Shown: positions 14,201-24,197 of the stretch, one piece after another | Layout of the letters: every line of letters begins with the position of its first letter | Position numbering within the stretch: position 1 is the stretch's first letter | Assembly: GCA_051942245.1 (NCBI GenBank) | Contig: JAVECL010000258.1 | Span: 1 to 32,513, forward strand | Reading direction: 5' to 3' | DNA: 32,513 nucleotides | Origin: Trypethelium eluteriae | Taxonomy: Eukaryota | Translations under genes and position numbers: made by a program | Notes under the pieces: generated by a model | What the model saw: the letters and a program-made list of their open reading frames with translations, nothing else | Told to the model about the DNA's origin: nothing | Databases searched by the model: none

Positions 14201-15301
14201 CTTTTTTGGCTGTTTTTTTAAGCCAAACAAATTAGCTTAATCTGCTATTATTCCTTGCTTATAAAATTATACATATCCAACATAAGTTTATGGAAAGAGT
14301 CCTTAGGCCTTAGGATCCTCTGCACACAAGCTTTAAAGATTTAAGGATAGAATCCAGCTAAAGACTAATCAAGGAGATAGATTCTACTATCTTGTTAAGG
14401 AATAATATTTCTTGGTGCGATGTCCAGATAACATAAAATCAGTGGTAATTTCTGCAATAATATAGAAGATCCACATATAACATGGAGCCTTTAATTAAAC
14501 CAACTTTCCATCTCTGCAACTAAAGAAAACTTGTTTTCCTTATCTGACCAGAGAAGACCTTATCAAGCACCTCCTTCACATGGGCCAGGGTGTGATCTAG
14601 AAATAAAGGACATAACATCTAAGGTGTGAGTGAGTATAATAATTGCATAAGGATATAGCGCTGGTTTTAATTCTTTCCTATGTATATATTCTATAACAAG
14701 GTATCCCTTTTGTTTATTAATATCTGTATTCTAATCTATAAAAAACCATAGAACGCTCAGTACGTAAACATTACTAGAAGCTAATAAATAATAAGCAAAA
14801 TTCTAGTTACAAGCTTTAACTTTTATAATATTATTTCCATATTTTACTACCGTATTATCTAAAAGTTAAAGAACACAACTAAAAGCACCAGAGTGTTATA
14901 AACTAAGCTGTTTATAATTATTAAGGGGCACAGAGGAACAGAACTTAATGATTTCTAAATTAGTACTTAAAGCATCCATAATAGGGGTGATTAGGTTGGT
15001 AGAATTATAGCTGCTACCACCTCAAGGTTGCAAGTAAGGGCAAGCCTGCGAGCTAAAAAGCGACCGGATTAATAATAAAGAGGGAGATCATTAGATAAGA
15101 CATGGAGTATCAAACAGTTTAATACTAAGGACGTTTTGGTATTAGTTACGCGCCCATAACGCCCTGCTTTATCTGCTGCTGTTAAACATCCATGCCCTAC
15201 ATAATTATTATTATTCTAATTTCCCCGCAAGGTCTAATGCTACTGGCATTTATTTACGCGCTGCAGACCCTTTATAATCAATATTCTTAGAATATCCCTC
15301 T

Positions 15302-16922
15302 ATGCCTAGTCCACTAAAGCGCCCTCTACCTAAGCAGCAGTATCTTTATTCTAAACTGCTTAAAAAGAGGCAGAAACTTAACCATATATGTGAGGAACTC
15401 CAACCTTTATCGGTCTTTTAGGATACTTTTTTAAAGATTTAGTTAACCTAAGACGCATTAAGAGAGCTTAATTAAAGAAATATTAAAGCAGCAACCCACC
15501 TTAAACTGTCTCCTCTGTTTTACTAGCCCATTACTTAAAGAGTTCTTACTCGCACAAGAGTAAATTGTTTGGCTAGGCATATTAGTGAATTTATTAACTC
15601 CTGTGAGAATCCAGAACAGAAGCAGTTACAGCAATTTGCTTAATATGGAGGCCCGGACTTATCCAGTCTAAGAGGAGTATGCAGAGCTTAATTCTATTGT
15701 TAGCATAAGCTTACTTATCCAACAGTTTATAATTTATAGTGGCGTTATAAGCTCCAGCTAATCTACTTAACACTGGAGCAAGAGAACAGTATCCGCCTTA
15801 AGGACACTCTTTATAATAAATATAACCGCTACGCAAAAGTTGGGATTTTTAGGCACTTACAACCCAAATTTTAAGCAAAAACTTATCAATAGGGGTATAT
15901 ACCCTTATGGGTACAATAATCTGGATGGCTAGATCCCGCCAAAGCCAGCTAATTGGGATGCTCTTTACGCAAAATTTGCGCAGTATCAGCCCTCCCTTTC
16001 GCCATTAGTATTCTTGGAGGAAGACTATGAAGCATTTATCCAAGCAGATGTTTGTGCTTCTTAAGAACAGAGTAGAACAACCTGAGTTATCCCATACATT
16101 AAAGGCGAGCTTAGTGCAGGTAAATATCCCTAGGAAAATGTTCTGTTTGCTAATTTAGAACCACTTATTTAATTTGCTGCTGGCGGCAGTAGATTATTAT
16201 TCGCTAAGCCTAACTTTTACCACGGCACGCAACCCAAACTATTACACCACCAAGTTCGCGATGATCTTAGCACCAAAATCATCCCTTTAAGGCAAGATAG
16301 CCTCCCGGTTATACCTAACTTCTTCCTTGAGGCTAAAGGACCGTTGGGAATAGGTGTTGTTGCCAGACAATAGGCTTGCTACAATAAAGCGCTGGGGGCA
16401 AGAGCAATGCACACTCTACAATTATATAACCTTAAGTGTCCTATCTATGACAACAATGCTTATATGATCAGCTTAACGTATAATGATGGGACTCTCAAAA
16501 TGTACGCCCACCATCCTTAATAACCGCATGGGTCCAAGACGCAGCCAGAATACTATATGCATCAGGTGGGAGCTTACGCAATAACCCATAATGCGGATAT
16601 GTTCCGACAAGGAGCTACAGTATTTAGAAACGCCAGAGATTGGACAGAGGAACAAAGAAAAAGGCTTATTACTCAAGCAAATGCGCGCGTAAGCGTTGCT
16701 GCCTCTAGGCCAACAGAGGGATCGTTGAGTCAAAGCTTTACTTCAACGATTAGGACTGGACAGGATGTCTCAGAATCAGAAACCTCAGCTGATGAACTTT
16801 CCCAGGATACTGATATGGTAAAGCGCCCATTTAGGTCACACGAGCAATCAAGACAGGATCGGAGGAGACGGACTTCAGGCGCGCGTGCCTACATGGATTC
16901 TATTTCCGTCGAACATCCATGA
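15302..16922 (+). pseudogene. Partly mutated member of a widespread fungal uncharacterised family with a PD-(D/E)XK-nuclease-like motif
   Basis: Family motifs recognised from memory: F*DTFLKI*LT*DALRELN*RN, GGPDLSSLRG followed by intron 15677-15725, GVYPYGY, KPNFYHG, PNFFLEAKGP, RQ*ACY..ALGARAMH, YDNNAY, DGTLKMYAHH, FRQGATVFRNARDW. Stops occur up to 16523; the 3' ORF 16557-16922 is open. Confidence 0.75.
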
Positions 16923-17674
16923 AGATGGACATGGTCGATGGAAAATATCATCATTACCACGCTGGTGAACTGGTTGAACAAGAAAGTGAGATGTCTAGCC
17001 ATGTGTGGGTTTCCCGTGCGTCAAGTTGGCCTAAGCACCAGAGCAAGAAATAGTAGTTCTATAATCCAGAAGCGAAAGAGTTGAGTTTCCGGTAACCAGA
17101 AACAGAAGTGTAGCAAAATGTCAATTAAATATTACACTTACTCATCGCGCATTATTCGCAATGTTAAATCGTCTTCTCACCCATTCAAGTGATGCCTTCC
17201 ACTGGCTTAGGATGAACCAGATGGTGCTTAAATCCTGAAGTCAGATGATCACGAGATGACACAATCAAGCTAAGTCAGGGGCGAAACTCTGTCTGTGCAA
17301 AAGCTAATGCAACCTGCCCCAGAAGAAATACAGAATATCATAGCACGTTCTAAACAGGCAACTTCTGATGCTTGGAGGGACTTAAAATAAAAACCGTATT
17401 AAGTTGAATCTTATTTCTTGAACCTCTTCCCATTATCGGTACAATAAAGTTCCATAACTGACGCGCCCAGTATCCGATTACACAAGCTAAAATTACCACC
17501 TCCTGTTTTAAAAGCCTACAACTCTTCCTGTCTATTCAGGAGTCTTTATACTCATACCTGCTGAGATAATAATTGGAGAATCGAAAGTCGCAACCATAAA
17601 GATTGAGGACGGTATAAATATACATTTGCACGGCAATATTAAAGTACCAGCATCTTGCTACTGCCTCTACATTC

Positions 17675-18662
17675 TCATCTTTGGTGTGCAAGAATGAGAC
17701 CGTTATTCTGGGGATATTGGGTATACGGGAGGGAGATTTCGGCCCACTCAGAAACAGGTCCAGAATACCCATAGAGAGTATCGAATGTGTACAAAGAATT
17801 GTCTAACCAAAAATTAGTAAGTTGGCTTTCTTCCTCTAAAAAGGTCTTACTCAGTATGTTGGTAGTGTCTCCATAACTATTGTACTCCGGTAAAACAAGA
17901 TAGTTGACTGCGGCGCTTTGTGGAGAATCCAGAAATACACCTAATCAAGAGTGAGCAGGTTCCGTATCCTCAGTAATTACCACTTACTACTCTCATTTAC
18001 TCCCAATAATGTTGACCTACAATGGCGCTTTGGAGATGTAAAAGGTGTATCACTGACCAAGCCCCTCCGCTTCCGGCTTCTATCACATTCAGAATTTTGT
18101 TGACCCTGCAGAGTCAACAAGTCCGATGACTGTACTGCTGGCGAAAGTGTTCCTATTTCTCCAGTTCCATCTGTGGGTCTCTCGATCTCTATATAATATA
18201 AGCTGAAGTCCCTAGATAGCATTCCGACATACTTTGAACCAATTGAGACGCAATTCGAAGACCCTTTAGCCACCGCAAGACATTTTGCGGTGGAGGTACT
18301 TCCGGAGCCCGTTTACGTACGGCTTCTCTTGCAGTCCCATTATTAATAATGTTCATAACACTTGGTCTGGATAGCATGCATAATCGAGAGAGCTGACTAC
18401 CAGACCAATCCTCAAAAGACTTCCAGTGACTTGTGATGAGCTGAATATTTGCTTCCACTCTTTCACGCCTGAATTGACGTTTCGACTGAGCAAAGCTCAG
18501 TAAGATGTTATCAGCTAATTGGCAGGAGTATACGAGCTCTCTGGCTCTATCCAATGCATCGAGGCATTGTCGCAATTCGCCTGCTGTGAGCGTTGTGATC
18601 TGGTCGATCTCGCTCAAAGAGATTTCCATCTTTGAGTCATCAAACGCTGCAGATATCATCAT
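17675..18662 (-). CDS. Hypothetical protein, 4 exons, about 282 aa
   Basis: Exons 18662-18233, 18188-17988, 17940-17851 and 17802-17675 splice in frame via GTATGT..TAG, GTAAGT..GCTCAC..TAG and GTAAGA..ACTAAT..TAG introns, linking ORFs 18189-18812 and 17977-18273. Contains a basic RSRKRR motif. The 3' end could extend further. Confidence 0.55.
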
Positions 18663-19471
18663 GGCTGGAAAGTAGAGAGAGTTGATGGTGCTTGGCCGCA
18701 GGACGGATGGATAAGTTGACCGTAAGACAGATGGACCGGCAGTAAAACAGATGGGCTGGTTGCAAGATGGCGCGGCTGCCTGGTAGGCAAGGCTTAAATG
18801 AAAGTGTCTCAAACAGCCCGTCTCAAACAGCCCAGAAGCCTAATTTGGTTAAATGACGCGGAGATCAAAACCCATACCTAATCTCTTCAGATTCAGCTTG
18901 ATATCCGCCGATCTAAGGCGTGCTGCACGCTAGGGATAGGGATGAGGCGCGGTAAGAACTGAAAACTTTGCCGCAGACTTAAGGATGGGTAAGATTAATG
19001 ACAAATAAGAACTCAACTGGGTTGTTGGGCGAATTTGATTACAACATTGCTAATCCTAAAGATGTCAGCGGTTTCTGTATCGTGTATATCAAAGCGGTTA
19101 GAATACTCTTGAGCAACCCCATCCTGTTTTGAGTTCCAGTCGTGACGACATATAGTTAAGTTAAGTCTCCCTGTGCACAGACTTTTACCATATCATAGCT
19201 CAATGTCATCCTAGGAAGAATTAAACTCGCAATTACAAGGTTTCTTCCAAGACGCATCAGCCATGCGGAAGCGCCATGGCGTGTTCTATATTAAGTAATC
19301 AGCTAGGATGCTAATGTCGAGCTTTTCCTAGAGCGTACAGCCAATAAAGACTTAATTACATTTCAGTGGAGTTATTTCCCCTGCCGGCCAAAGCTTTAAC
19401 ACAATCTCTATCAGTATAATAAGCAATACTCCTCTACAATTACCAAAATCCTATTCCCTCAGATCAGTCAG

Positions 19472-20451
19472 ATGCCGAAGTTTGTTTCAACCCACCCACG
19501 GTGGCTTCGAGCACAGACAGCTTGCCAGAATTGCAAAGGTCGAAAAATCAGATGTCAGATTACCAATACTAGCCAGCCTTGCAAACTTTGCTTTGAAAAG
19601 GGCTGGGAGTGCAAAATTATCCTTCGCTCTATATCCAGCGACCCCAACGAAAGCGTCCCTAAAGATGAATACGTCAAAGATCCTCAGCCTCAGCCTGCTT
19701 CATTTACTTCCGTAGTTTGGACAGGTACTCCCGGGCTAGCCAGTTCAAAAAAGACTCGGTAAAGCTCTTAGTACAACTTCCTACTCCTGTATCTAACCCT
19801 TTAGTGACAATAGCTATCATATTCAAGGAAGTGATGCTTCTAATTGGACTAGTGTGCCGCAGGACCTCCAACCTGTAAGTGAATACAACCTCAAAACTCA
19901 ACCTACTAGCTAATATGTAAAGTAAGTGTTCCGAGTTAGGCCTAGGCATAAAGCCTTCACCAGCACAATTAGTTCACAGAGGAAGGCCCGTCCCGGAGGA
20001 TTCACACAAGAGCTTGGTGCAAGGAAACTTTCAAGAAATCTCAGAATCTGAGAGCACAACCATTCAAGCTGAGTGGCAGATGGCCTCGTCCAGGGCTTCT
20101 TGCAACACTACTATCAATCACCCTGGATTCCTTGCTCTCGGTGATCCAATCCATAATCTCACTCCACCTTCCATAGAGTATCCCTTACTCATCCCTGAAT
20201 CCACAATGAACGAGGAGACTTCCGTTACGGCTTCAACATCAACTATAAACAACCTACCTAATAATTGTACCACAGTCAGCCAAGACAGCTGGGTTGGCAG
20301 CTTTTATCCTTGGTTACCTTCAAACCCAAACGCTCTAACTTCAACCTCACCCTCCTTTGATACATCTTCTTACACAATTCTCCAGGACAATTATGTTCAA
20401 GACGGCGTTATAGATCTTAGGAAGTCCTTCCTAGCAATTCAAAATGAATAG
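19472..20451 (+). CDS. Zn(II)2Cys6 binuclear-cluster transcription factor-like protein, 3 exons, 293 aa
   Basis: RAQTACQNCKGRKIRC-x8-CKLC-x6-C motif. Introns 19759-19804 (GTAAAG..CTAAC..TAG) and 19875-19926 (GTAAGT..GCTAAT..AAG) join the 19472 ORF to the 20014-20451 ORF without stops. The C-terminus is S/T/P-rich. Confidence 0.85.
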
Positions 20452-20907
20452 TTCTACAATCTTTACTTTTTTTGTATCTCCACATTGAAACCCTAATTTC
20501 TTCAAAGTATCATTGGCTGTAATTCACAATCAGATTTGTTTAGACCGTTTTTGTTAAGGAAGGAGCTAGGGATGCACGTAACCCACATTACCTATTTCAC
20601 CTTCATGTTCACCTAGCTAGCTTCTTCTTCGGACATCAGACAGCAATGAATTGAGGTTACTACTTTTGTTCCGTCATGAGACCCCTCAACATGAGCTCGC
20701 TTTAGATCTCTGCACCTCCAACCGCACGTTAGAACAGGCGGTCTAGGACCTAACTGGTCGCTGGCTTCACCATAGAAGCATGCTAGCTGCCAACTAATCT
20801 CTCCACTTAAGCAGACTACGCTCTCCTGTCGAGGACCTTTATCCTCTGGTCCCATGCTGGCGCTGTGCTATCACCATCTGCTCCTAACTCCAGGAGAGGT
20901 TGCTTGC

Positions 20908-22139
20908 TTATGAAGTACGGGATACCGCCCTTCTCTGGGCTCTTCTCTGGACCCTTTTATTCCTCCTCTTTGGATTATTGCTGGGAGGAGAATACCTCGA
21001 GGTTCGGCTCTGCGTCATTGCCAAAGCATGGCGGATAGCTGTCATATCGGCTTGACACCGCGGGAGCTCCCAAGAAACGGTTGATTCAAGGCTGAGTTCA
21101 TCAGGGGAACTCTCTCTAGTACTGGTTTCTTTAGGAGATGATATATTTGTGGATATCTCAGGTATGTCTTGGTCTGTTACATCTTAGCTATGAAGGGAGA
21201 TATTATACACCAATACTCACCTAGCTCAAGTTGTGATATATCTTTGTCTGCTATTTGAGCCTCTGAGTGAGGAGGTAGAGCCTCTTGGGTGGCTGGTTGG
21301 GGGTCAAAATTGGGAACCCGGCTCGCAAGCCATTCATCAAAGCTGGACATATTGTAGTATTCCGTGTCCATTTCAGCTGTAAAGTCAATACTGGCGGCAT
21401 CCATTGCCGCAATAGTTTCCTCATCCTGGATAAGCAGAGCCTCAGGCAGATCAAGCCCTGTCGGTATTGTGGTCGGTATTTCATTTTTATTCTGTCCTGC
21501 TCCCAGCGCACCCACGTTGGATAATACGGCACTGACTTTATCATAGCTAATCGCATCGGCTTTATTCAAGTGTCGCTTCATGTGAGGGACTTGGTGCGCC
21601 GGATCCTCAAAAATAAAGTTATCACCCAATATCGTCGAGCGTCCAGAGCAATTGAGAGATGAAACTGTCATTAACGGATCGAAATTGACTTGCCTCCATA
21701 TGCTGTCTTGTATGGAGCTGGAATTGCTGAAGATAGCGCCAGGTGGTACGCCCCGAGGTGGAGCAAAACGAATACGTCTCATAACTTATTGGTAGATTGA
21801 CCTGGTGAGTTTCGGTCGCTTTTATCTCCTATAGTTCGGTGTGGCCGTAAACATAGCAATAGGACCAAGGATTGAGAAGGTAGAGAGCAGTATTAATATA
21901 ATGGAAAATGGAGGACATCCGAAATTATGGAGTCTAAGATGCGATCCTTTACCTGATCCTATCACCCTAGTATCGGGGTGTAATACCAAATTAAATAGCT
22001 CCGAGGGAGTCATCTCCGCCATAGTTTCAAAGAGTGCAAGGCTTCTGGACTTGATTGGATGTGGTGAGAACTGGAATTCAGCATAAGGAGTTGAATCTTC
22101 GGCTGGTTTATGAAAAAGCGGCGATGAGAGCAGAACCAT
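20908..22139 (-). pseudogene. Hypothetical gene with two in-frame TAA stops
   Basis: ORFs 21822-22139 and 21177-21782 are in the same frame, separated by RR*KRPKLTRSIYQ*VM. Intron 21220-21174 (GTGAGT..CAG) leads to a further exon ending at TAA 20908-20910. Confidence 0.55.
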
Positions 22140-22320
22140 TAAAACTTACCTATTTCGGCTACGTGATTACTAAAAAGAGAAGGATGGTGAGATTAGGAAA
22201 GATCAGATAAGATAAAAGGTACGTACTCTTACCCTATGGGGACAAAAGTCAACCCAAACAGGAATCATTTTCCTAAAATGGTAAAATCCGTCGCCGATTT
22301 ACCGGAACATAGATTACCTA
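22112..22320 (+). repeat. Diverged direct repeat, copy 1
   Basis: Shares identical blocks GAAAAAGCGGCGAT, GTACGTACTCTTACCCTAT (22219-22237) and GATTTACCGGAACATA (22296-22311) with 24198-24420. Confidence 0.85.
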
Positions 22321-22469
22321 CGCTGCCGCTCTTATGCACAAAAAGGGTCAAAAAGTTGAGCGACGGGTACAGTACCTTTCTAAAAGACCGAGATTTGAGA
22401 CTAAAAATAAAGCCAGCAGATAATCTTTATCCGACTTTTATGTAGGATTTTTTTTTTTAGAGAAATAGA

Positions 22470-22562
22470 CAGCTGTGCGTACCGTAGGAAGCTGTGTGCC
22501 GTAGAGATTTCTGTGCTGTAGGGACTTCCGCGATATAAGGATTTCCGTGCTGTAAGGAGCTA
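22470..22562 (+). repeat. Imperfect 17-bp tandem repeat, about 5 copies
   Basis: gtgccgtagagatttct / gtgctgtagggacttcc / gcgatataaggatttcc / gtgctgtaaggagctat, plus a looser upstream copy. Confidence 0.7.
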
Positions 22563-22576
22563 TAGTATACCTTAAC

Positions 22577-22749
22577 GCCGAGGGGGTTTCCGCAGCTGGT
22601 AATCAATACAACGTTATTCGAAATTTACCGTTATGACCATGTTGGCCTATGCATATTAACGGAGCCTTAACATAAGGCCAACATGGTCATGAAAGTAAAA
22701 TCGCGGTAACATTGTATTCATGATCAGTTGAGGGACTTCCCCCCCCGGC
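22577..22749. repeat. Long imperfect inverted repeat, ~170-nt hairpin
   Basis: Perfect 16-bp core ATGACCATGTTGGCCT (22633-22648) with AGGCCAACATGGTCAT (22675-22690). Arms extend about 75 nt each side with mismatches; loop about 19 nt. Confidence 0.9.
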
Positions 22750-23878
22750 CCCAACCGCGGTACGGTATCTTGGGCTCATCCAAGCGCACCTGCAGTGCTG
22801 CACAATGGCCATTTTACATCCCTCTCATCGAACTCGCCGGAACCGCTGCTGAGACAATTATTTCTGCAAAATTTCTCGAAGTTATCGTCGAGGACAGCTT
22901 TTCCGGTCGCGCAAGGTGCGCGCATCATTCGAGGGCTTGATCAAGAAGACCAATATCGTGCACAAATTCATACGGCATTTCCAGGAATACATGACAGCCT
23001 CAAGGCCCTCAAGCACTGGCTTTCATGGTCAACTCAACATTTCGACAGTCGCAGTGTTGTAAAAATAGTAAATTGGCAATTACTATTTACTAATAGTAAT
23101 TACCAAATATTTACTGTTACTTTTACCATTACTGTTTACTGTTATTATCATGAACTCTGTGTTACTATGTCAGTATTATTTAGTAAATTAGTAATTACTT
23201 AGTAAATTTACATCACTGGTTTATTCAACACAAAGTGAAGAAGTATTGTGGCAGTATACTATGACTCTCTCAAATTTGAATACGACTAAAGATTATCTGT
23301 GCAAGTATCTAGGTACGGCGTGTCACAAGACTAAAGAAGCGCTGGAGCTAGACGTAAAGTCTAAACCTAGCTTAGACCAGACCCAAGACTGCACGCTTCA
23401 ACAGCGAACTTCAGTATCTTCAGTTGACTTCTTCAGCTCTGAAGGTGAGCGTCAACTTGGAAACATAAAAATCAGAAGCGATAGTTCATGACTTTGCTCG
23501 GGTTCTGAGAAATGTGCTTGCCAAGGTCCGTTGTGTAATCTGTGTACTGGAAAATTGATTACTGAGATAACTCATCTCCACCTGCAAGCTCTCATTCCCT
23601 AATACATGACCCTCAACACAGAGATCAGAAGCACAGCTGCATGAAATAATAGATGACAAAATGAAGCTGTAAATATATATACATAAATAGGATGGCACAG
23701 TCATAAGGAACAATTCTGACGAAAAGGACTTCAATGAAAAAAAGAGACGGGAGCTGAAATAAAAGAGATGGAAAGTGAAAATTTTGATATTTTGAATTTT
23801 GTGATTTGTTGTACATGCTCCTAAGCCTTGCAATGCCTGGGGTGAGATGGCCGAGTTGGTTATGGCGCCAGGTTAAGG

Positions 23879-23894
23879 TCTCCTTAACGACGAT
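23879..23894 (+). other. Canonical tRNA intron at position 37/38, 16 nt
   Basis: TCTCCTTAACGACGAT begins one base after the anticodon and contains CCTTAAC, complementary to GTTAAGG across the anticodon loop. Confidence 0.88.
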
Positions 23895-23908
23895 TCCTGG
23901 TCACGAAA

Positions 23909-23962
23909 GTAGGGGCTATATCCAACATGCTATGTTCACTCACTAATTGTATCACTCCTCAG
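23909..23962 (+). other. 54-nt spliceosomal-type (GT-AG) intron in the tRNA variable arm
   Basis: Starts GTAGGG, has branch-site-like ACTAAT at 23942-23947 and ends CTCCTCAG. Excision restores TCACGAAA|GTGGC. Confidence 0.75.
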
Positions 23963-23997
23963 GTGGCGTGGGTTCGAATCCCACTCTCATCAATATC

Positions 23998-24015
23998 TTT
24001 TCCACCTTTTTTTTT
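23998..24015 (+). terminator. RNA polymerase III oligo-T terminator
   Basis: T-runs (TTTT then a longer run) start a few bases after the tRNA discriminator. Confidence 0.7.
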
Positions 24016-24197
24016 CTCTTTATGTTTTGAATTATTTTTTTTGGATTTGGGCGAGCGTAGTAATAATAGTCTTATCATGCCCTTTTTCCCCCTTAAAAAG
24101 TATAGATGCTAATGCGGGCTAGAAGTGATATGAAAGCAGTGATAGAGTTTCCAAAGCAAAGACAAAATTGCATAGTTGCATAGAGGCGCGTATATAG

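Larger units (their letters stand above)
2700..16530. other. AT-rich block of multiple dead genes mutated by a RIP-like process
   Basis: Visible excess of TA/TTA/TAA, almost no ORFs in the track between 8 and 16.4 kb, and long reading frames broken by scattered TAA/TAG stops as expected from C>T and G>A transitions. Boundaries are approximate. Confidence 0.85.
23841..23992 (+). tRNA. tRNA-Leu(AAG): tRNA-Leu (anticodon AAG) interrupted by two intervening sequences
   Basis: Acceptor stem GGTGAGA/TCTCATC plus discriminator A; D arm GCCG-AGTTGGTTA-TGGC; anticodon stem CCAGG/CCTGG with AAG at 23875-23877; T arm GTGGG-TTCGAAT-CCCAC; variable arm TCAC-GAAA-GTGG once 23909-23962 is removed. Confidence 0.93.

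Noticed and set aside
18806..18833. Exact 14-bp tandem duplication GTCTCAAACAGCCC
   Set aside because: Two copies only; consistent with ordinary slippage.
23879..23962. Treating everything between the anticodon and the T arm as one long canonical tRNA intron
   Set aside because: The 3' anticodon stem CCTGG and the 5' half of the variable arm (23895-23908) lie between the two inserts and are needed for the cloverleaf.
23927..24112. 61-aa ORF overlapping the tRNA 3' half
   Set aside because: It reads through the tRNA T arm and the poly-T terminator (Phe run); spurious.
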